64,000 nucleotides of DNA from NCBI GenBank assembly GCA_016934415.1, contig JAFGSW010000101.1, forward strand, positions 204-64,203, read 5' to 3'. The notes beneath the pieces are model-generated. The model saw nothing but the letters and a program-made list of their open reading frames with translations, was not told the DNA's origin and searched no databases. This DNA is from Spirochaetales bacterium (GTDB taxonomy: Bacteria; Spirochaetota; Spirochaetia; SZUA-6; RPPD01). Shown piece by piece: positions 8,879 through 18,777 of the stretch (position 1 is its first letter; each line of letters opens with the position of its first letter). Both the position numbers and the translations under genes were made by a program.

Positions 8879-9661
8879 ATGAAGCTCAGGCTCATCCGCC
8901 ACGCCACCCTCGTCCTCGAGTACGCGGGAAAAAAAATCCTGGTCGACCCCATGCTCGCACCCAAGGGGACATACGCGGCGCTCCGCGCGTCCGGCCGGCG
9001 CGAGCGCAATCCGCTCGTCGACCTGCCCTGCGCGATCGAGGAGCTCGACGCGCCGGACATCGTCGTCATAACGCACCTTCACTTCGACCACCTCGACAAG
9101 ACGGCCGCCGCCCGGCTCGCCAAGGATGTCCCCATCGTCTGCCAGACCGGGGACGACGTCTGGCTGCGGGAATACGGTTTTTTGCGGATCAACGGCCTGC
9201 ACAAGCTGCCGGTTTCGGTGCAAGGCATCCGGTTCACGCGCACGGACGGGCGGCACGGGCGGCTTCTTGCCGGAAGGATGGCCGGGTACGTGTCGGGTTT
9301 TTTCATGAGCGCGCCGGGAGAGCCGGTCTGTTATCTCGCCGGGGACACGATCTGGTGCAAGGCGACGGCCGAGGCGGTGAAGAAGCACGCCCCGGACGTG
9401 ATCGTGGTCAATGCGGGCGCGGCGCGCCTTCTCTTCGGGGGGGCGATCACCATGGACTCGGGCGACGTGATCAAAACCTGCCGGGCCGCGCCCGGCGCGA
9501 GGATCGTGGCCGTGCACATGGAGGCCGTCAACCACTGCCGGCTTACGCGGAGCAACCTCAAGGAGAAGCTCGAGCGGGAAGGCCTGGCGGACCGGGTGTC
9601 GATCCCGGCCGACGGCGAGACGATTTCCTTCACCCCGCCTCCGGGCAAGGAGCGGGAATGA
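8879..9661 (+). CDS. MBL-fold metallo-hydrolase
   Basis: ATG 8879 follows AAGGAG. HxHxDH motif ITHLHFDHLD. Confidence 0.8.
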   Translation: MKLRLIRHATLVLEYAGKKILVDPMLAPKGTYAALRASGRRERNPLVDLPCAIEELDAPDIVVITHLHFDHLDKTAAARLAKDVPIVCQTGDDVWLREYGFLRINGLHKLPVSVQGIRFTRTDGRHGRLLAGRMAGYVSGFFMSAPGEPVCYLAGDTIWCKATAEAVKKHAPDVIVVNAGAARLLFGGAITMDSGDVIKTCRAAPGARIVAVHMEAVNHCRLTRSNLKEKLEREGLADRVSIPADGETISFTPPPGKERE

Positions 9662-9885
9662 GCGATCCTTCGACGCGGCGCTTTGCGCCGTGCTCGGGGC
9701 GGGCAAGCCAAATATAGCGCCGCCAAGATTGCGATTTTGGGGATTATCTTAAAAAAAGGGGTCCTTTATGAATAAATTTCACCAAAAAAGCGGCAAAATT
9801 ATCGCATTCGTTGCCGGAGCCCGAGATCCCGCAACAATCTTGGGAGCACGATACAGGCCATACCTGGCAGCCGGGAGGGAATAAC

Positions 9886-10686
9886 ATGCCCGAGAACGAT
9901 TTACCGCGCTATATCGGACCGGAAACGAGAAATCGCAATCATAAGATGACGAGTGAGGAGATTAAACGGCGATTTGACAATGAAACCGCCGCCTGCTACA
10001 GCCGCCGTCGGCCGGCCTGGTTCATGGAAGCAGACGAGATCTTTGCCGCGGTGCCCGAGCTGCTCGCGCCGTACCTTCCGTCCGGCTCCGAGTTTCTCGA
10101 CCTGGGCGCCGGCACCGGCAATTTTAGCCGGTCGGTCATGGAGCGCCTGCCCGGCCTGCGGGCGGTGCTCCTCGACTTTTCGCCCAACATGCTCTCGGGT
10201 GCGGACGAAGCGTTGAAAGGTTTCGCCGGCCGCTTTCGGAAGGTCGAGGGCGATTTCGCATCGGCCGACCTGGGGGTCGGCCTGTACTCGGCCGTCATTT
10301 CGAGCTTCGCCATTCACCACCTGCGCAGCGAGGCCGATTACCTCTCGCTCTACCGGCGGATCCGGGCCGCGCTTAAACCGCCCGGCGCCTTCGTCTGCTG
10401 CGACGTGGTGGCCGGCGGCGACGATTTCCTGACGCGGCGCAACGAGGACGAGTGGGCCGCCTACCTGAAACGGCAGGGCTTCTCCGACGACGACGTCTCC
10501 CGCCTGCTTTCCAACCATCACCGGGAAGACTCGCCGCTCGCCCTCGGCGCGCACTTACGGCTTCTCGGCGAGGCCGGCTTTTCGACCGTTGACGTGGTGT
10601 GGAAGAAGGCGAACTTCGCGGTGTATATCGGCGTGGTGGGGGAAGGAAGAACCATGGATGGGAACGGTTGGGTACGGCGCACCTGA
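9886..10686 (+). CDS. Class I SAM-dependent methyltransferase
   Basis: ATG 9886 follows GGGAGGGA. Motif I FLDLGAGTGN. Confidence 0.8.
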   Translation: MPENDLPRYIGPETRNRNHKMTSEEIKRRFDNETAACYSRRRPAWFMEADEIFAAVPELLAPYLPSGSEFLDLGAGTGNFSRSVMERLPGLRAVLLDFSPNMLSGADEALKGFAGRFRKVEGDFASADLGVGLYSAVISSFAIHHLRSEADYLSLYRRIRAALKPPGAFVCCDVVAGGDDFLTRRNEDEWAAYLKRQGFSDDDVSRLLSNHHREDSPLALGAHLRLLGEAGFSTVDVVWKKANFAVYIGVVGEGRTMDGNGWVRRT

Positions 10687-10766
10687 CGCGTGCGTCGGAA
10701 CGTCTCGCCCGCCGGGGAGAAGATCACAACCACGCATAAGAAAAAATAGAGGATAAACACACTGTA

Positions 10767-11276
10767 GTGAACGAAATGGAAACATGGGACATCATCGATA
10801 AAGACAGACGATTGACCGGGCGGACCCATACACGCGGCGAGCCGCTGAAGGAAGGCGACTTTCACCTCGTTGTGGAAATTTGGATAGTAAATAGTGACGG
10901 TAAAATTCTACTCTCAAAGCGTCATCCGAATAAACTTTATCCGAATTTATGGGAATGCACCGGCGGTTCCGTGATCGCGGGAGAAAACAGCGCGGCCGCC
11001 GCAATAAGGGAAGTGCGCGAAGAAATCGGAATAGCGCTTGAAAAAACGACGGGAAAAATCATTTTTCAATATCGAGAAGATGATTCGTGCTATGACGTAT
11101 GGCTGTTTCGTGCCGACATAGAATTATCCGCCACGGTCCCCCAGGAAGGTGAAGTAACGGATGTGAAATTCGTCACGCTCGATGAATTGAAGGATATGTT
11201 TGAAACAAAACAGATGGTGCCAAAGCTTGATTACATAATGACATTGATTCAGCAGCATGTTTTTTTTAGTAAATGA
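10767..11276 (+). CDS. NUDIX hydrolase
   Basis: Nudix box GGSVIAGENSAAAAIREVREEIGI. GTG 10767 or ATG 10776 as start. Visibly AT-richer than its surroundings. Confidence 0.8.
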   Translation: MNEMETWDIIDKDRRLTGRTHTRGEPLKEGDFHLVVEIWIVNSDGKILLSKRHPNKLYPNLWECTGGSVIAGENSAAAAIREVREEIGIALEKTTGKIIFQYREDDSCYDVWLFRADIELSATVPQEGEVTDVKFVTLDELKDMFETKQMVPKLDYIMTLIQQHVFFSK

Positions 11277-11392
11277 TACAATATTGTTTCGGATTGCCCT
11301 AATCGCACGGTTGAAGAATTGATTTATAATAATTTGGATTGCAGAGTGGCTTGAGGCCATTGCGGCCGCAGTGTGAAAAAGGAACGTCTTGC

Positions 11393-11638
11393 ATGACCGT
11401 CCCTGAGCGCATCGATCCCGTCCGCCTGCGTCTCCGCGCCTTTGAGCGCCGCAATCTTCCGGAGGCGTACGATGCGTTGTACGGCTCGATTTCGCGGGCT
11501 CTCGTCGATTCCGGCAGCATCGACCATATCGTGACCCTCTTCGCCGGCGACGGACGCGGTTTTTCTTGCGTCCGGGGGAAAGAAACATTAGCATTGAGTG
11601 AAAGAAAGGAGGCGGAGGGCGAATGCGAAAGACGATGA
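11393..11638 (+). CDS. Small ORF, possibly a gene remnant
   Basis: 82 codons with GC-rich third positions. VRLRLRAFERRNLPEAY loosely resembles a GNAT N-terminus. Overlaps the next gene by 16 nt. Confidence 0.2.
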   Translation: MTVPERIDPVRLRLRAFERRNLPEAYDALYGSISRALVDSGSIDHIVTLFAGDGRGFSCVRGKETLALSERKEAEGECERR

Positions 11639-12900
11639 TACACACCGCCATGACCGCGGCGCTGATACTGATGGCGGCGGCGGCGGCGCCGATCGCCGCG
11701 CAGGAAAAATCGTTTCATATCGTGAGCGGCGCGAAGCTGGTCGATCCGGACACATCCGGGAGGACGAAATGGGACACGCTCGTCGATCGCGGAGGCAGGT
11801 TTTTCATCACGCCGAGTCCGCTCAAGGGTTTCGACGACACCGTCAGCTTCATCACCCTGCCGGATTTGAAATTGGAGACGCTCGACGTGCCATTGCGGGC
11901 TTTCTTCGAAAAAAACAAGTCGCTTGTGGTCGAAGAAAAGCTCGATTCCGAGCTGCGGGGCAAGCTCAGGAAAAATTATTGGATAGAAGACTGTTTTTTC
12001 TTCGACACCGCCAATGGCGAGGCGGGACTGCGGGTGATCAATTACTTCTTGTTGAAAAAAGGCCAGGCCAAGCGGACCTTTTTCGTGCGCTGGGACCTCC
12101 GCACAAATGAGATCACCGGGGCGCTTCCCCTGTTCGAAGAGACGCACCTTCCCCGGACCGGCGACTACACGGAAGACATCACCGGGGTGGACACAATCGG
12201 CTATGACGCGGAGAAGAAGACGTGTTACTACCTGAAATCCGAATGCCTTATAAAGAATACGCGCGAGGGCGCGTACAACCGCATCCTCTACGTCGGTGAC
12301 CAGACCTTTACCATCCACGCGATCGAAGGCGGAAGCGACCGGGCGGTCGCCGCGGTCAAGATCGGGAGCCGGCAAACGCGCGGTATGCTCTCCACCGGAG
12401 GTCGAAGGTATTTCATGCCCGCCTACCGGGATCTCGGCCACGTGTACGACAAGAAGCACCCCGTTGGATTCGTATTCGATCTACGGACGGGCGGGGCCCG
12501 GCGCCTCGACATACAGCGGCACGCCTACTGGAGCGATTTCGACGTCTCCGCAAAAACGCTCTATCACCTATCGAGCTCCACCGGGAAATTGTGGATCACC
12601 GACGTCGTGTCCGGTAAAAAGAAGGGCGAGCTGCGCCTGGGAGACGCCGGGGAGGATAATTATCGGAAATTCGGGCTTTTAGACGAGAACACGCTTCTTT
12701 ATTACATCCGCGGGAAGCTCTTCTACATAGACATACGGAAGCCGGCTGTGACGCGGACCGTCGACCTGGCCGCCCGGTTCACGGAATTCAGCGGATCGAG
12801 CCCGATCTACATCCTGCCCGGCGGCCGCGGCATCGTCGTCGAGGCGCGAACGCCGCATAATAAAACCACCGGCTTCCTGTATTATCTCCGGGAGGAATGA
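11623..12900 (+). CDS. Secreted hypothetical protein
   Basis: RBS GGAGGG. Signal peptide ...AAAPIAAQ. No domain recognised. Confidence 0.65.
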   Translation: MRKTMIHTAMTAALILMAAAAAPIAAQEKSFHIVSGAKLVDPDTSGRTKWDTLVDRGGRFFITPSPLKGFDDTVSFITLPDLKLETLDVPLRAFFEKNKSLVVEEKLDSELRGKLRKNYWIEDCFFFDTANGEAGLRVINYFLLKKGQAKRTFFVRWDLRTNEITGALPLFEETHLPRTGDYTEDITGVDTIGYDAEKKTCYYLKSECLIKNTREGAYNRILYVGDQTFTIHAIEGGSDRAVAAVKIGSRQTRGMLSTGGRRYFMPAYRDLGHVYDKKHPVGFVFDLRTGGARRLDIQRHAYWSDFDVSAKTLYHLSSSTGKLWITDVVSGKKKGELRLGDAGEDNYRKFGLLDENTLLYYIRGKLFYIDIRKPAVTRTVDLAARFTEFSGSSPIYILPGGRGIVVEARTPHNKTTGFLYYLREE

Positions 12901-13059
12901 GCGGACTCGCCCGAAGAGATTCACAATCCTCACCAGAGAGAATCGATAGTCTCTCACCCTTCGGCAAGCTCAGGGTGACATTATCTAGAGACAATCCCGT
13001 GCTCAAGCGCGTCCGGAGCCGGAAGAATTTGAATAAACCTCACGTGCCGTTTCGCATTT

Positions 13060-13833
13060 TCATTTCCACCCGTGCGCGTTCATATAGATCAGGTAATCGT
13101 ACAGGTCGCCGGCCGACTTGTCCGGCAGGACGTCGGCGGGAAAGCTCGGCATGGCGCCGGCCTGGCCCGAGGGCAGCCTGGGATCACGGATGAATCCGAG
13201 GAAAGTCGATTCGTCGCTCAATGTGCGCGAAATCTTGATAGTCAGGTCCGGGCGGATGACGTTGCCGCCGCCCGGATGGCATGAAGCGCAATAGCCGGCG
13301 AACAGCGCCTCGCCCGCGGCGGACGGCTTGGCCGGAACGGATGAAGGCGAGGCCGAGACGACCGGGGCCGGGGATTGCGCCTGACCCGTCCGGGACATGT
13401 CGATGCCGCGGCCGTACATGACCCCCGACCCGAACCAACCGAGACCGATCACCGCCACGAACCCGACGCTGGAAAGGAGCGTCATGACGAAGCGGCTCAA
13501 TTTGATCTTGTTCCCCAGGATGATACCGACCGCGAGCTCGATAAGGAGCACTGAAGCGAGGGTGATCTTGACGGTGAACGGCGTGAAGAGCACGGCGTGG
13601 TAGTAGTGGATCCAGTCGAGCGTGCCGAGAAGAATGGCGGGAAAGGCGAAGATGAAGGCCAGGATCGAGACGTGGCGCGCCGTGATCTCCAGGTTCTTTT
13701 TCCTGAAGATGACGGCGATCAGGACGAAGACGAAGGCGCCCGCGGCCAGCCCGATGGGCAGATGAGTGACGGGCGGGTGGAGCGGATCGCCGAACCCGAG
13801 GGTGGAAAAAAAATCGTATAGACCGTTGAGCAT
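13060..13833 (-). CDS. Membrane protein with C-terminal c-type cytochrome domain
   Basis: ATG 13833 follows GGAGGA. Four or more TM helices, a Pro/Ser-rich linker, and the haem motif CASCH with a distal Met region (GAMPSFP). Confidence 0.75.
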   Translation of the reverse strand: MLNGLYDFFSTLGFGDPLHPPVTHLPIGLAAGAFVFVLIAVIFRKKNLEITARHVSILAFIFAFPAILLGTLDWIHYYHAVLFTPFTVKITLASVLLIELAVGIILGNKIKLSRFVMTLLSSVGFVAVIGLGWFGSGVMYGRGIDMSRTGQAQSPAPVVSASPSSVPAKPSAAGEALFAGYCASCHPGGGNVIRPDLTIKISRTLSDESTFLGFIRDPRLPSGQAGAMPSFPADVLPDKSAGDLYDYLIYMNAHGWK

Positions 13834-14216
13834 GTCAATCCTCCTTGTAGAGCGCGGGTGGGTTTCTTCGCGATTCCCGGCACGGCGCCGCCGGTCCTCC
13901 GCCGCTTTATTGTATTCCCCGGCCCGATCCGAGGTCAAGCGCGGAACGGAAATATGGGCCGGGGAAGGCAATGCCGGCGCCCGGAGCTTGAAGCGCGGAG
14001 GCCGTGATCATCGCGTCGGCGGCCGGGAGGACGCGGCCCTCATCAGTCGAAATGACTGGACAGAGGGGCGGCGGTTCACCTATCATGGGCTATGAACAGG
14101 GATATCGACGCGTACGCGCGGAGGGCGGGCACGGGTTGCCGCCTCCCGGACGGTTGTGCTCCCGGACGGAACGCGCGGGAATCAACGCCGCCGCGGCGGG
14201 CGATCGGGATACGGCG

Positions 14217-16709
14217 ATGACGACCGGAGCGCACGGCCGCCCCGGCGATTCGTCCCGGGAACGCCCGACGATCGCATTTCTCACCCGCACCTTCCGCGGC
14301 TACCTGGCGAGCTTTTCCCTCTGGTTCGGGCTCGCCGACGAGGCGCGGGAATCCGACGTCAATCTGATATATGTTCCGGGGAACCCGCCCCAATCCACGC
14401 TGGGCCCCGAATCCCAATCCAATGTGCTCTACGATCTCATTACCCGCAAGCGGATCGACGGCATCGTCGTCTGGAGCGGCGTCATGATGGCCCATTCTCC
14501 GCCCGACGTTTTCGAGACCTTCTACCGGCGATTCGAGTCGTTTCCGAGGATCACCATCGGCCCGGCGATCGAGGGCACGACCAGCTTCACGATCGACAAT
14601 TACCACGGGATGCTCGGCGCCTGCTCGCACCTCATCGAGCGGCACGGCTGCCGTCGGATCGCGTTCATCCGGGGACCGGATTCGAGCGAAGAGGCGGCCA
14701 AGCGCTACCGCGGCTATCGGGACGCGCTTGAGCGCGCGGGTCTCTCCGCCGACCCCTCCCTCGAGCTTCCCGGCGATTTCCAGCGGGAGTCGGGCGTGCA
14801 GGCCGTCCGCACGCTCCTCGACGAACGGAAGGCCGGATTCGACGCCCTGGCGGGCGCCAACGATTGGATGGCGTTCGGGGCCGTCGAAGAGCTCCGGCGG
14901 CGGAAGGTGGCCGTGCCGGAGGAGGTGAAAGTCATCGGCTTCGACGACGTCGAGGAAAGCCGCTATGCCTCCGTTCCGATCTCCACGGTCAGGCAGCCGT
15001 TCTACGAAATGGGAAGGCGGGCGATCAGGCACATGCTCATGCTTCTTTCGGGCGGGGAGGAGAACAGGACGATCGAAATCCCCGCGGAGTTCGTTCCGCG
15101 CGCCTCCTGCGGCTGTTACGGCGGGGAAGTTTCCATGGGAGCCGGTCGAAACGCGACGCCAGCCGCATGGACGGCGGGCGCCTACACGCGGGAAGCGGGG
15201 ATCGGTCCGCTGGAGAAGGACTCCCTTATTTCGTCCATTGCCGCGGCCGACGTCCGCTTCCGCGCCGTGATCGGGCCCCAGGCGGTCGGAAACATCGTGG
15301 CCGGTTTCCTGGAGGAATTCGAGGGCGGCCGGGAAAGGGAAGGGCTCTTCGCGTCCGCCCTCGTCCGCGAGCTCAAGGCCGTCGAGATCGACAGCCGGGC
15401 CGCCGCCTTCTACGCCCTCCTCGCGGCCCTCCGTGACGCCATGCACAACGCCGTGGGCGGAGACTCCGCCTCCGTCGTGCGGACGGAGACGCTCCTCCAG
15501 CGGGGCCATATCGCCATCAGCGATTTCGCGCAGCGGCTGACGGCGACCGTCGGTTTCCGCCGCGACATGCTGAACCGCACGCTCCGGGCGATCAGCCAGC
15601 AACTCATGAGCCGTTTCGACATGAGGGAATTTCTGCAGGCCCTGGCCGACGGGCTTCCATATCTGGGAATTCCCGCCTGCTGGTTTTCCCTGTACGACGA
15701 CCCGGGCGGCTCTTCCGGGACGGCCCGGCTGGCGCTTGCCTGCGCCGGCGGGAACGTGCTCGAGCTCGACCCGGAAGGAGTCCCGTTTCCCGCGACGGAC
15801 ATCGTTCCCGAGCGCTTCTTCCCGCACTCCCGCCGCTTCGTCCTCATACTCGAGACCGTGTATTTCGAGGATGAGCTCATGGGATACATCGTCTTCGAGG
15901 AGGGGCCGCGCGAAATCGGGGTCTACAATGCCCTGCAGGTGCAATTGAGCGTGGGCCTGCGCGGGATCAGGCACGCCCGCGCGCTCGAGGCGGCCTCCGA
16001 GGAGCTGGCGCGCTCCAACCGGGAGTTGGAGCGGTTCGCCTATATCGCCTCGCACCATCTCAAGGAGCCGCTGCGCAAGATCTCGATCTTCGCCGAGCGA
16101 CTTGACACCCTGCTCTCGCCGGCCGCGGGGGAACGCGGCCGCGATTACATCCAGCGGCTCAGGAAAAGCGCTCGGCGCATGAAGGCGCTCATCGAAGATC
16201 TGCTCGTGTATTCGAAAACGTCCGCCGCCGCCCATCCGCCGGGCCCCGTCGATCTGGGCGCGCTCCTCTTCGAGATCCGTGAAGATCTCGACGTCCGCAT
16301 CGAGCGGGAAAAGGCCAGGATCGAAATGAAGGCCCTGCCCGTGGTGACGGGGGAAAGCGGGCACCTGTATCAACTCTTCGCGAGCCTGATTCTCAATGCC
16401 CTCATCTATCGCCATCCGGAACGGACGCCGGTCATCCGCATTTCGGCCGCCGCCGCGTCGTTCCGTGACCGGCCGGCCGTCGCCGTCACGGTGGCGGACA
16501 ATGGGATCGGCATTGAGGAGAAATATTGCGAGACGATTTTTCACGTGTTCCAGAAACTGGACAACCAGACGGCGCACGAGGGGACCGGGATGGGGCTGAC
16601 GCTCTGCCGGAAGATCGCGGCCGAGCACGGGGGCGACGTCCGGGTGGAGAGCGCGCCGGGCAAGGGTTCCCGTTTCATCGTCACCCTGCCGCTCGAGCGG
16701 CAGGCCTAG
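14217..16709 (+). CDS. Sensor histidine kinase with LacI-type periplasmic-binding-protein-like sugar-binding domain (no HTH)
   Basis: LacI-core motifs (VDGIVV-like RIDGIVVW, IAFIRGP, ANDWMAFGAVEEL, VIGFDD, STVRQP). A GAF-like middle region. H-box SHHLKEPLR. HATPase motifs DNGIGI and GTGMGL. Start uncertain (14217 or 14088). Confidence 0.85.
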   Translation: MTTGAHGRPGDSSRERPTIAFLTRTFRGYLASFSLWFGLADEARESDVNLIYVPGNPPQSTLGPESQSNVLYDLITRKRIDGIVVWSGVMMAHSPPDVFETFYRRFESFPRITIGPAIEGTTSFTIDNYHGMLGACSHLIERHGCRRIAFIRGPDSSEEAAKRYRGYRDALERAGLSADPSLELPGDFQRESGVQAVRTLLDERKAGFDALAGANDWMAFGAVEELRRRKVAVPEEVKVIGFDDVEESRYASVPISTVRQPFYEMGRRAIRHMLMLLSGGEENRTIEIPAEFVPRASCGCYGGEVSMGAGRNATPAAWTAGAYTREAGIGPLEKDSLISSIAAADVRFRAVIGPQAVGNIVAGFLEEFEGGREREGLFASALVRELKAVEIDSRAAAFYALLAALRDAMHNAVGGDSASVVRTETLLQRGHIAISDFAQRLTATVGFRRDMLNRTLRAISQQLMSRFDMREFLQALADGLPYLGIPACWFSLYDDPGGSSGTARLALACAGGNVLELDPEGVPFPATDIVPERFFPHSRRFVLILETVYFEDELMGYIVFEEGPREIGVYNALQVQLSVGLRGIRHARALEAASEELARSNRELERFAYIASHHLKEPLRKISIFAERLDTLLSPAAGERGRDYIQRLRKSARRMKALIEDLLVYSKTSAAAHPPGPVDLGALLFEIREDLDVRIEREKARIEMKALPVVTGESGHLYQLFASLILNALIYRHPERTPVIRISAAAASFRDRPAVAVTVADNGIGIEEKYCETIFHVFQKLDNQTAHEGTGMGLTLCRKIAAEHGGDVRVESAPGKGSRFIVTLPLERQA

Positions 16710-16742
16710 CAGGTTGTTGAAAAAGTTGGGCTTTTCAGCAGC
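16707..16742. terminator. H-hairpin repeat copy B, between convergent genes
   Basis: TAGCAGGTTGTTGAAAAAGTTGGGCTTTTCAGCAGC. The first 22 nt, including the stop codon, are identical to copy C. Confidence 0.6.
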
Positions 16743-16769
16743 CCGCACAACACCGCGCACGAGAGAACA

Positions 16770-17411
16770 TCAGCGCTTCGAATAAATGACCGGCAGGCGC
16801 CGCATGTACGTCCGGTCCTCCGCCTGATCCAGCATGAAGCGCGCGACGTCGGCGCGGGACACGGCGAACCTCGTCTTCCCGGTCACGCCCCCGGCCGCGA
16901 CGACGCCGGACGGCGGGCGGTTATTCGGCAGAATCTGGCGGACGACGGTCCAGTCGAGGCCGCTTGCCATCGTTTCCCGGCCCATACCCGTGATTTCCCG
17001 ATAGGCGTCCGGAATGAGGAGGCGGACGAGCCGGACCGCGAGACGCACCCGCCATGAGCGCCCGTCCTCGTCCGAGCGCACGCTCGGCGTGGCGAGAACG
17101 ATGAGGCGTCTGAGCCCGAGCTCGCGCATTTTTCCCGCGATGTGTGCGACGCCGTTGGTCAGGGGCGCTGCGCCGGGTTTGAGCCGGCCGAACGACGGCC
17201 CGAAGGTCGTAAGCGCGGCCGCCGAGCCCCGCAGGGCGCGCGCGATCGCGTCTTCATCGGAGAGCTCGGCCTGCACCGTCTCGAGGCCCGGCGCGGACGG
17301 AATCCCTGCGGTGTCGCGCGCGAACGCGGTCACCTCCCAGCCCCGATCGAGGGCGAACGCGACCGTGAGTTTCCCGATCGCCCCGCGCGCCCCGAACACG
17401 GTAATTTTCAC
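16770..17411 (-). CDS. NAD(P)H-binding (NmrA/BVR-B-like SDR) protein
   Basis: GTG 17411 follows GGAGG. Rossmann motif VFGARGAIG. Confidence 0.8.
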   Translation of the reverse strand: MKITVFGARGAIGKLTVAFALDRGWEVTAFARDTAGIPSAPGLETVQAELSDEDAIARALRGSAAALTTFGPSFGRLKPGAAPLTNGVAHIAGKMRELGLRRLIVLATPSVRSDEDGRSWRVRLAVRLVRLLIPDAYREITGMGRETMASGLDWTVVRQILPNNRPPSGVVAAGGVTGKTRFAVSRADVARFMLDQAEDRTYMRRLPVIYSKR

Positions 17412-17663
17412 ATCGCCTCCCGCCTTTCTTCGGCCTTCAATTGAAAGTATAGGAGATGAAGGAGGCCCTTTTCCAGCCTTTCCGCCGCCGTCCTTCCCTT
17501 TCCGGGGGCGGCGGCGCGCCGGTGTCCGCGTCGACCCGTCTCCCGGCCGCCTTCCCAAACTATATGGGAAAATGCCTGCAGGTTGATTTATATTTGATAA
17601 GGTGCGCCTGGGGTCGGAATCGTCATCCCGACGGGCGCGCTCGCGAGAGGAGTCACACCGCGG

Positions 17664-18392
17664 GTGGACAGTCATGTCAAGGCCGGACATCGGTATAAAT
17701 TCATTCTCTTCGACTGCATGGAGACGTTGGTCGACCTGGACCCGAAGCCCGGGCCCGCCGATTACGCGCGCTGGACGTACGAGGGCTCCGGTTTCGAGGA
17801 GGCGTGGTCCGGACTCGACGAGTTCACCGCGGCCTTCGAGACGGCCCGTTCGGTCGCGGAAGGCTCGGGCCCGGCCCGCCGCGAGCACGATTTTTCCGAC
17901 CGGCTGTTCATCGTGTGCCGCGACAATCCCCGCCTCCATGAGCTCGGCGCCGCCCCCCGTTCCGCGGCCGAGCGGCTGACGCGGAATTTCATCAAAACCT
18001 ACCGCGCGCGCACGTACGTATCCAGCGACGTGCACCGCGCCGTCCCACGCCTCGCCGACCGCTTCAACCTCGGGGTCGTTTCGAATTTCCAGGTCCGCCG
18101 CGGAATCGAGGAGCTCCTCGAGGAGCATTCCCTCAAGGTCTTCTTCAAGATGATCATCACCTCCGTCGTCTTCGGCCTCCGCAAGCCGCATCCCGACGTC
18201 TACCGGGCCGCGATCCGCCGCTGCGCCTGCGCCCCGGACGGCATCCTCTTCGTGGGCGACGATCCGGAATCGGACTACCGGGCGCCGCGCCGGGCGGGAA
18301 TGCACGCCGTGCTCCTCGACCGCCGCGGGCTCCATCCGGCGGGCTATGATCGCGTCAGGGATTTCGACGAGTTGATGCACAGGTTGATTTAG
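17664..18392 (+). CDS. HAD family hydrolase
   Basis: Motifs FDCMETL (I), VVSN (II) and VGDDPESD (IV). Confidence 0.8.
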   Translation: MDSHVKAGHRYKFILFDCMETLVDLDPKPGPADYARWTYEGSGFEEAWSGLDEFTAAFETARSVAEGSGPARREHDFSDRLFIVCRDNPRLHELGAAPRSAAERLTRNFIKTYRARTYVSSDVHRAVPRLADRFNLGVVSNFQVRRGIEELLEEHSLKVFFKMIITSVVFGLRKPHPDVYRAAIRRCACAPDGILFVGDDPESDYRAPRRAGMHAVLLDRRGLHPAGYDRVRDFDELMHRLI

Positions 18393-18431
18393 CAGGTTGT
18401 TGAAAAAGTTGATCTTTTTCAACAACCTGCT
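18390..18431. terminator. H-hairpin repeat copy C, supplies the HAD stop codon
   Basis: 18-bp arms AGCAGGTTGTTGAAAAAG and CTTTTTCAACAACCTGCT with a 5-nt loop. TAG at 18390-18392 is part of the shared repeat. Confidence 0.7.
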
Positions 18432-18513
18432 TATGAAATTACCGGAGTCAATTGTGTAAATGACAAATGATCTAAAAACAGCCGAGAAGCCATGGAAATA
18501 TTTTACAATGAGT

Positions 18514-18577
18514 TCCGGTAATTTCCGGTTTACATCTATGGAGGCTGTTGAAAAACCGCTATCGGTTTTTCAACAGC
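18514..18577 (-). repeat. H-hairpin repeat copy D with extended arm
   Basis: GCTGTTGAAAAACCG-CTAT-CGGTTTTTCAACAGC at 18544-18577, plus tccggtaatttccggtttacat, which matches the reverse complement of the copy F extension. Confidence 0.8.
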
Positions 18578-18722
18578 TTGATATTCCTGCGCGGGCGGCG
18601 GGGATTTTCCCCTAGCGCGGCAATACGGCCTTCGGCTTGCGCCGTGCGATATGGGTTTCTCATGCTTTCGATAAACGTTCTCCTTCGGAGTGAACGGGAC
18701 GACTCCACACGCCGGTGGAGCC

Positions 18723-18777
18723 GAGGGAGGGCGTTTGTGGTTCGACGGGCTCACCGCGGGTGTAAACGCCCTCCCTC
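18723..18777. other. Large stem-loop in a non-coding region
   Basis: Perfect 14-bp stem GAGGGAGGGCGTTT / AAACGCCCTCCCTC with a 27-nt loop. Confidence 0.5.

Noticed and set aside
14076-16760. 894-aa minus-strand ORF
   Set aside because: It is antisense to the histidine kinase, which has H-box and HATPase motifs. The composition is typical of a shadow ORF.
16770-18425. 551-aa minus-strand ORF read as one gene
   Set aside because: Only the C-terminal 213 codons (16770-17411, GTG after GGAGG, Rossmann motif) look genuine. The rest crosses an intergenic region and is antisense to the HAD hydrolase gene.
18737-18750. tRNA-like GGTTCGA T-loop string
   Set aside because: No acceptor, D or anticodon arms can be drawn around it. 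It sits in the loop of the 14-bp hairpin at 18723-18777.
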